From an uncultured virus (IMG/VR IMGVR_UViG_3300027887_000010) (taxonomy: Duplodnaviria; Heunggongvirae; Uroviricota; Caudoviricetes), in IMG/VR virus record IMGVR_UViG_3300027887_000010: 20,000 nucleotides of DNA, one strand, 5' to 3'. This document shows positions 16,670 through 20,000 of the stretch, one piece after another (within the stretch, counting starts at the first letter, position 1; every line of letters begins with the position of its first letter). The position numbers were made by a program, and so were the translations under genes. The notes below the pieces were generated by a model, which saw only the letters and a list, made by a program, of their open reading frames with translations, made no database searches and was not told the DNA's origin.

Positions 16670-16704
16670 AAAAATGCACTGGTAACATATACAGTTCCAG
16701 TGCA
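16670..16704 (-). terminator. Probable Rho-independent terminator containing an SOS-box-like site
   Basis: Minus strand TGCACTGGAAC-TGTATAT-GTTACCAGTGCA-TTTTT, about 20 nt after stop at 16724. Confidence 0.6.
16679..16694. promoter_or_regulatory. LexA (SOS) box-like site
   Basis: Minus strand a-CTGTATATGTTACCAG-t, CTG-N10-CAG with TATAT spacer. Confidence 0.5.
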
Positions 16705-16723
16705 AAATTATACATCATATCAA

Positions 16724-17092
16724 TTAAATTAATTTCTTCAGAATTTCTACCAAATTTGACTTGGATATTGTAAAAATTGGGTCATCAGTGCTTGTTTCAA
16801 TAGACAAACTAGCGTGATAAATCTGGGTAACAATTTCATCCAATTTATCTGGATCCGGTTTAGGAATAAAGCTAAAATAACTATCGCCTTTGAACTCACA
16901 TGGAATTGGATTTAGTTCTGGAGCATATGGCATGAATTTTGCCACGAAGTCTTTTGCGGCTTCAAATTTCATGTGGTCATCACTGCTACCGTAGTCGTAA
17001 GGAACGGTAAGACTGACTCGTCCGTTGGTAACTGCCAGGCGAGCTGGGCGAAAATTGGTGGCGCTTTTGTAGCTGACTCGAATTGCTTGCAT
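16724..17092 (-). CDS. Hypothetical phage protein (MQAI..Y..ATN.R.AR motif)
   Basis: Start re-set to MQAIRV (RBS AAGGA). Confidence 0.72.
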   Translation of the reverse strand: MQAIRVSYKSATNFRPARLAVTNGRVSLTVPYDYGSSDDHMKFEAAKDFVAKFMPYAPELNPIPCEFKGDSYFSFIPKPDPDKLDEIVTQIYHASLSIETSTDDPIFTISKSNLVEILKKLI

Positions 17093-17103
17093 GATAATTC
17101 CTT

Positions 17104-17373
17104 TTAGAAAGTGAATGAATCTAATCCAGGATGACTTACTGTACATCTAACGGGAGTTTTAGACTTCAAGTTGAAGCCTAGCATAAGACCTTCAACGAAA
17201 GCGGACAGCCCTTCAGCGCCGTGACCGTAAAAGGTAATTTGATCCCATCCAACGACCAGGCCTTCGACCGAATGTTTTGTCACAATGTGCCAGGAGCTAA
17301 TTTTACTGGCCACATCTTGGATGAATGTTTCGGGAGTCCCTTTCGGGAACTCTAGTTTTTTCACATGGTTCAT
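17104..17373 (-). CDS. Hypothetical protein
   Basis: Packed ORF. Confidence 0.62.
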   Translation of the reverse strand: MNHVKKLEFPKGTPETFIQDVASKISSWHIVTKHSVEGLVVGWDQITFYGHGAEGLSAFVEGLMLGFNLKSKTPVRCTVSHPGLDSFTF

Positions 17374-17432
17374 TTCACTGGCCTTTGGCGGGAAATCATT
17401 CGTTTGATTTTAGCGATGCGATCGTAGGTCAT
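17370..17432 (-). CDS. 20-aa basic peptide MTYDRIAKIKRMISRQRPVK
   Basis: ATGA-coupled at both ends; RBS GGAGG. Confidence 0.45.
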   Translation of the reverse strand: MTYDRIAKIKRMISRQRPVK

Positions 17433-17644
17433 TTGCGAACCTCCCCAATATAAATATCACCGCCTGGCATTTCAACATGGGATACCTGATAACATTTTGA
17501 GCTTCCCCATGTCAGGCAATTTTGAGCGACAGATCCGTCGGTCATTTTAATATCATGCCGCATGGGAATTGTACAAAGTTCGCCTCGAGCTGTCCGCCTG
17601 ACGGATTCTGCCAGGTCGTCGTTTGTAAGTGGATAACTTTTCAT
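17429..17644 (-). CDS. Hypothetical protein
   Basis: Start re-set to MKSYPL (RBS AAGGAG). Confidence 0.65.
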   Translation of the reverse strand: MKSYPLTNDDLAESVRRTARGELCTIPMRHDIKMTDGSVAQNCLTWGSSKCYQVSHVEMPGGDIYIGEVRK

Positions 17645-17645
17645 T

Positions 17646-17849
17646 TTAATCTCCTTTAGCTTTAATGTAATCAGGATGGCAAATTCCAACAGAATAAGCC
17701 AGGGACTTGAGAGCCCAATGTTTTGCGGATTCAAATGCTCCAGCTTTATAGGCTCGTTCTGCATCTGCAATGCAAAGCTTGGCGGATGATACCATTTCGC
17801 CTTTTTCTTGATGCTTCTTGGCGAGGACAAGCATGTCTTGAAATTTCAT
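17646..17849 (-). CDS. Hypothetical phage protein (MxSSAKLC.ADA...ALKSLAYSVGI.HPDY)
   Basis: Start re-set to MKFQDM (RBS AAGGGG). Confidence 0.72.
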   Translation of the reverse strand: MKFQDMLVLAKKHQEKGEMVSSAKLCIADAERAYKAGAFESAKHWALKSLAYSVGICHPDYIKAKGD

Positions 17850-17874
17850 TTTGTTCCCCTTATGCAATAAAACA

Positions 17875-17903
17875 ATTTTACATCAAGTTGAATTAAATTT
17901 CAA
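17875..17903 (-). promoter_or_regulatory. sigma70-like promoter
   Basis: TTGAAA-17 nt-TAAAAT; -35 is one arm of TTGAA-6-TTCAA. Confidence 0.6.
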
Positions 17904-18155
17904 TTAAGAATGGAATTCAAATTCTGCATCAAGTGACCGTTGAATCATTGCCAGGTAGAGCTTTGAACCAGAATCAAATTCAATTGAAATACCGTATTCA
18001 AGCCAATCTGATTTGCCCATGTTGCATCGCCTGGGAGAACAATAAATTGTGATCCTCCTTGATGTCGGGATGTATTGGTTGGCTTTTGTAAGAGCGGCCA
18101 CAATGGCCTCCCCTTCGGCGTGACTTTTATTGGTGATGATAATTTCGCAGGTCAT
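17904..18155 (-). CDS. Hypothetical protein
   Basis: Start re-set to MTCEII (RBS GGAG). Confidence 0.65.
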   Translation of the reverse strand: MTCEIIITNKSHAEGEAIVAALTKANQYIPTSRRITIYCSPRRCNMGKSDWLEYGISIEFDSGSKLYLAMIQRSLDAEFEFHS

Positions 18156-18156
18156 T

Positions 18157-18372
18157 TCAGTTCTCCAATTTTTTCGGGAAAATTTTAGTGCCAGGTTTGA
18201 TGCCGAGCAAAACCTTTTCAATTTCATTGAATTGTTCGGCTGTGATGTTTAGCCATTTTGTCCGACCATGCTTGCTGAAAATTTGTAGTTTGAACTGACC
18301 ACATTTATCAGCGGGAAACGGAGCAACGGATAACATTTCCGCTTCAACGAATGCGATATCAATTGGATTCAT
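18157..18372 (-). CDS. Hypothetical phage protein (TKWLNIT.EQF..I motif)
   Basis: Start re-set to MNPIDI. Confidence 0.68.
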   Translation of the reverse strand: MNPIDIAFVEAEMLSVAPFPADKCGQFKLQIFSKHGRTKWLNITAEQFNEIEKVLLGIKPGTKIFPKKLEN

Positions 18373-18458
18373 TTTCTTCCGCTCCACCATAATTCAACGG
18401 CACATGCGATAACAGCAACGACCGCCATCATCAAACCAATTTCTTGACCGAGTGTCAT
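18369..18458 (-). CDS. 29-aa single-TM peptide MTLGQEIGLMMAVVAVIACAVELWWSGRK
   Basis: Below cutoff; ATGA-coupled at both ends; RBS GAGGTGGA. Confidence 0.55.
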   Translation of the reverse strand: MTLGQEIGLMMAVVAVIACAVELWWSGRK

Positions 18459-18616
18459 TTTGGTTCCACCTCGTTGAGTGTAATTTCCATTTGACCAATA
18501 ATAATTTCGATTGATTTTGTACCGAATTCGCGAAGCCTGGTGGCGTCGTCCATTTTCAGTGCATCTTTAAGGATTGACAATCCCTCCTTAAGACGATCCA
18601 ATTGATTTTGGTTCAT
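18455..18616 (-). CDS. Hypothetical protein
   Basis: Start re-set to MNQNQL. Confidence 0.6.
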   Translation of the reverse strand: MNQNQLDRLKEGLSILKDALKMDDATRLREFGTKSIEIIIGQMEITLNEVEPK

Positions 18617-18617
18617 T

Positions 18618-18698
18618 TTAGACCCCAAAAATGCGAGCGACCTTATGCCCGACCAGGACACCGACGATACAGCAAACGACTAGGATTAATGTGGTCAT
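18618..18698 (-). CDS. 26-aa single-TM peptide MTTLILVVCCIVGVLVGHKVARIFGV
   Basis: Below cutoff; strong RBS AAGGAG. Confidence 0.55.
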   Translation of the reverse strand: MTTLILVVCCIVGVLVGHKVARIFGV

Positions 18699-18708
18699 TT
18701 TGGTCTCC

Positions 18709-18855
18709 TTAGAACCGCTCAACGCGGCAGCATTGATGGACGAAATACCATCCCAATTTTTCCTCAGCGGATGCCAGGGAAAAGAATGAACCAAGATTCT
18801 TTTCGCGAATCGGGCGCGAGGTCAAAAATCCCGAAGTTTGAATAATTGTGATCAT
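18709..18855 (-). CDS. Hypothetical protein
   Basis: Start re-set to MITIIQ (RBS GGAG). Confidence 0.55.
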   Translation of the reverse strand: MITIIQTSGFLTSRPIREKNLGSFFSLASAEEKLGWYFVHQCCRVERF

Positions 18856-18915
18856 TTTGGTCTCCAATTTAATTGCGGTCTTATTGGAGCAGCCTGTCAC
18901 GCTGCTCGGGTAAGA

Positions 18916-19608
18916 CTATTCGCCAGGCTGCGGAAAATATTTGGCAGCAGATGCAATCCATGCGACCAGTTCGTTCGGCGTCTTGCAAGCTTTCAGCGAT
19001 TCAACACCATCCTCGCTGATTTGCGATTCCAGCGTATCAACAGCATCCTGGAATTCCGGCGGCAATTTTGCGGTCTTGGTTTGACCAGGCAGCCGTCCAG
19101 TGATACCGTTGAATTGGCGCCACCGAGCGTATTGAGTGCGAATCGTACATTCGTTATAACCTTGCAAAGCATTGAACAGCTCTGCACTCGTGCAGGTCGC
19201 AGCCTTTTCGGCGCTGATACGGTCGCAAGTATCCCAAATGATGCAGCATGTCGAACCCTTGCTCGGGCGCTTGAGACCATTTTGTTCGGGACGGTTCGGT
19301 TCAATGGTCTTACCAGTTTTTTCTGCCTCCTTTTTGGGCTGCTCCGGAGGTGCGGGAACAGTTTCGGGATTCAGCATGTTGCTCACCAGACCGGACAGCA
19401 TGGAGGGGGCCTGGTTTTCGGGCTCCTCGGTTTCCGCGACTTCGGGTTCGTCAGCCTGGTCTTCGACAGCCTGGTCTTCGAGCAGAGCTTCGACGATTTC
19501 GAAACCTTCATCGGATTCCAAAATGGACCAATTTTCCTCCCAGTTCTTGCCATGCTGCTTTGAAGCTTGTTGGCGAGCGATGGATTCGGTTTTGTAAGTC
19601 TTGGACAT
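18916..19608 (-). CDS. Phage protein with acidic linker and putative HTH-like DNA-binding domain
   Basis: RBS AAGGAG; RPEQNGLKRP..GSTC..IWD.CD.IS...N..TIRTQYARWRQFNG domain recalled from other phages; function inferred. Confidence 0.75.
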   Translation of the reverse strand: MSKTYKTESIARQQASKQHGKNWEENWSILESDEGFEIVEALLEDQAVEDQADEPEVAETEEPENQAPSMLSGLVSNMLNPETVPAPPEQPKKEAEKTGKTIEPNRPEQNGLKRPSKGSTCCIIWDTCDRISAEKAATCTSAELFNALQGYNECTIRTQYARWRQFNGITGRLPGQTKTAKLPPEFQDAVDTLESQISEDGVESLKACKTPNELVAWIASAAKYFPQPGE

Positions 19609-19655
19609 GGTAATTCTCCTTTATTAAGTGACGGGAACTGCTTTGCAACGATTTA

Positions 19656-19684
19656 ATTATCGGTAAATTGAACCGACCTGTCAA
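19656..19684 (-). promoter_or_regulatory. sigma70 promoter for the 230-aa gene operon
   Basis: TTGACA-17 nt-GATAAT. Confidence 0.75.
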
Positions 19685-19740
19685 GCGGAACTTGCTTGAT
19701 AAAGCGTCAGAACTTGCCTGGCGCTTTCTCCTGCAATCTC

Positions 19741-19756
19741 CTGTCTATTAATACAG
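19741..19756. promoter_or_regulatory. LexA (SOS) box-like site
   Basis: CTGT-CTATTAAT-ACAG. Confidence 0.6.
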
Positions 19757-19932
19757 CCCCTTTGCCTATTTATTGGGCTGCCCACTTTTTGGGCGGCTAC
19801 CAGGGCGATCACGTTGCCCATGAGTTATAGTACCTCAACTAGCGCCAGGTGGCTCGAATAGATTTGAATACTTAAAGCGTTTTCGATAGTATCAGGCTAT
19901 AGCCGGCCATCGTGTCGGTGAGCACTCACTTC

Positions 19933-19974
19933 CTGTATAGATAGACAGTATAAATAACCTGTACAGATAGACAG
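19933..19974. promoter_or_regulatory. Tandem LexA (SOS) box-like sites / 18-bp direct repeat
   Basis: CTGT-ATAGATAG-ACAG (19933-19948) and CTGT-ACAGATAG-ACAG (19959-19974). Confidence 0.68.
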
Positions 19975-20000
19975 TCGGCGCAGCCTGGGAGCGGGGCCTA

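Larger units (their letters stand above)
16285..16723. other. AT-rich non-coding island with C9, C11 and A9 tracts and inverted repeats (candidate origin/control region)
   Basis: No ORF; C9 16377-16385, C11 16449-16459, A9 16575-16583; TATACTCG-18-CGAGTATA at 16315-16348. Confidence 0.5.

Noticed and set aside
18838..19613. Long plus-strand ORFs 18838..19563, 19172..19597, 19350..19613 and minus ORF 18993..19304
   Set aside because: Overlap the well-supported 230-aa gene in a GC-richer stretch; no promoter/RBS or recognisable motifs
19932..19975. 18-bp direct repeat as CRISPR mini-array or iterons
   Set aside because: Only two copies with an 8-nt gap; each copy is better explained as CTGT-N8-ACAG

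Overview
Segment of a tailed dsDNA bacteriophage genome; every credible gene is on the minus strand. The left part (1-8456) is a replication and nucleotide-metabolism module: dCTP deaminase (runs off the window), DUF669-type SSB with a Pro/Gln/Ala tail, Sak4-like AAA ATPase, ATP-dependent DNA ligase, free-standing HNH endonuclease, ThyA, dUTPase, a primase-polymerase/P-loop fusion and an AlpA/Xis-like HTH. The right part (8519-19608) is a long run of small early/accessory genes behind several sigma70-type promoters, interrupted by an AT-rich non-coding island (16285-16723). No integrase, CI-like repressor, structural gene, tRNA or CRISPR array was seen. The most notable signals are regulatory: (i) four LexA/SOS-box-like sites (three clustered at 19741-19974, one inside a terminator hairpin at 16679-16694), hinting at a Beta/Gammaproteobacterial host and SOS coupling; (ii) a shared 14-bp palindrome overlapping the -35 box of three promoters; (iii) a G10 tract that splits one gene with a LamG-like C-terminus; (iv) two pairs of internally paralogous accessory genes. 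All family calls come from motif recognition, not database searches.
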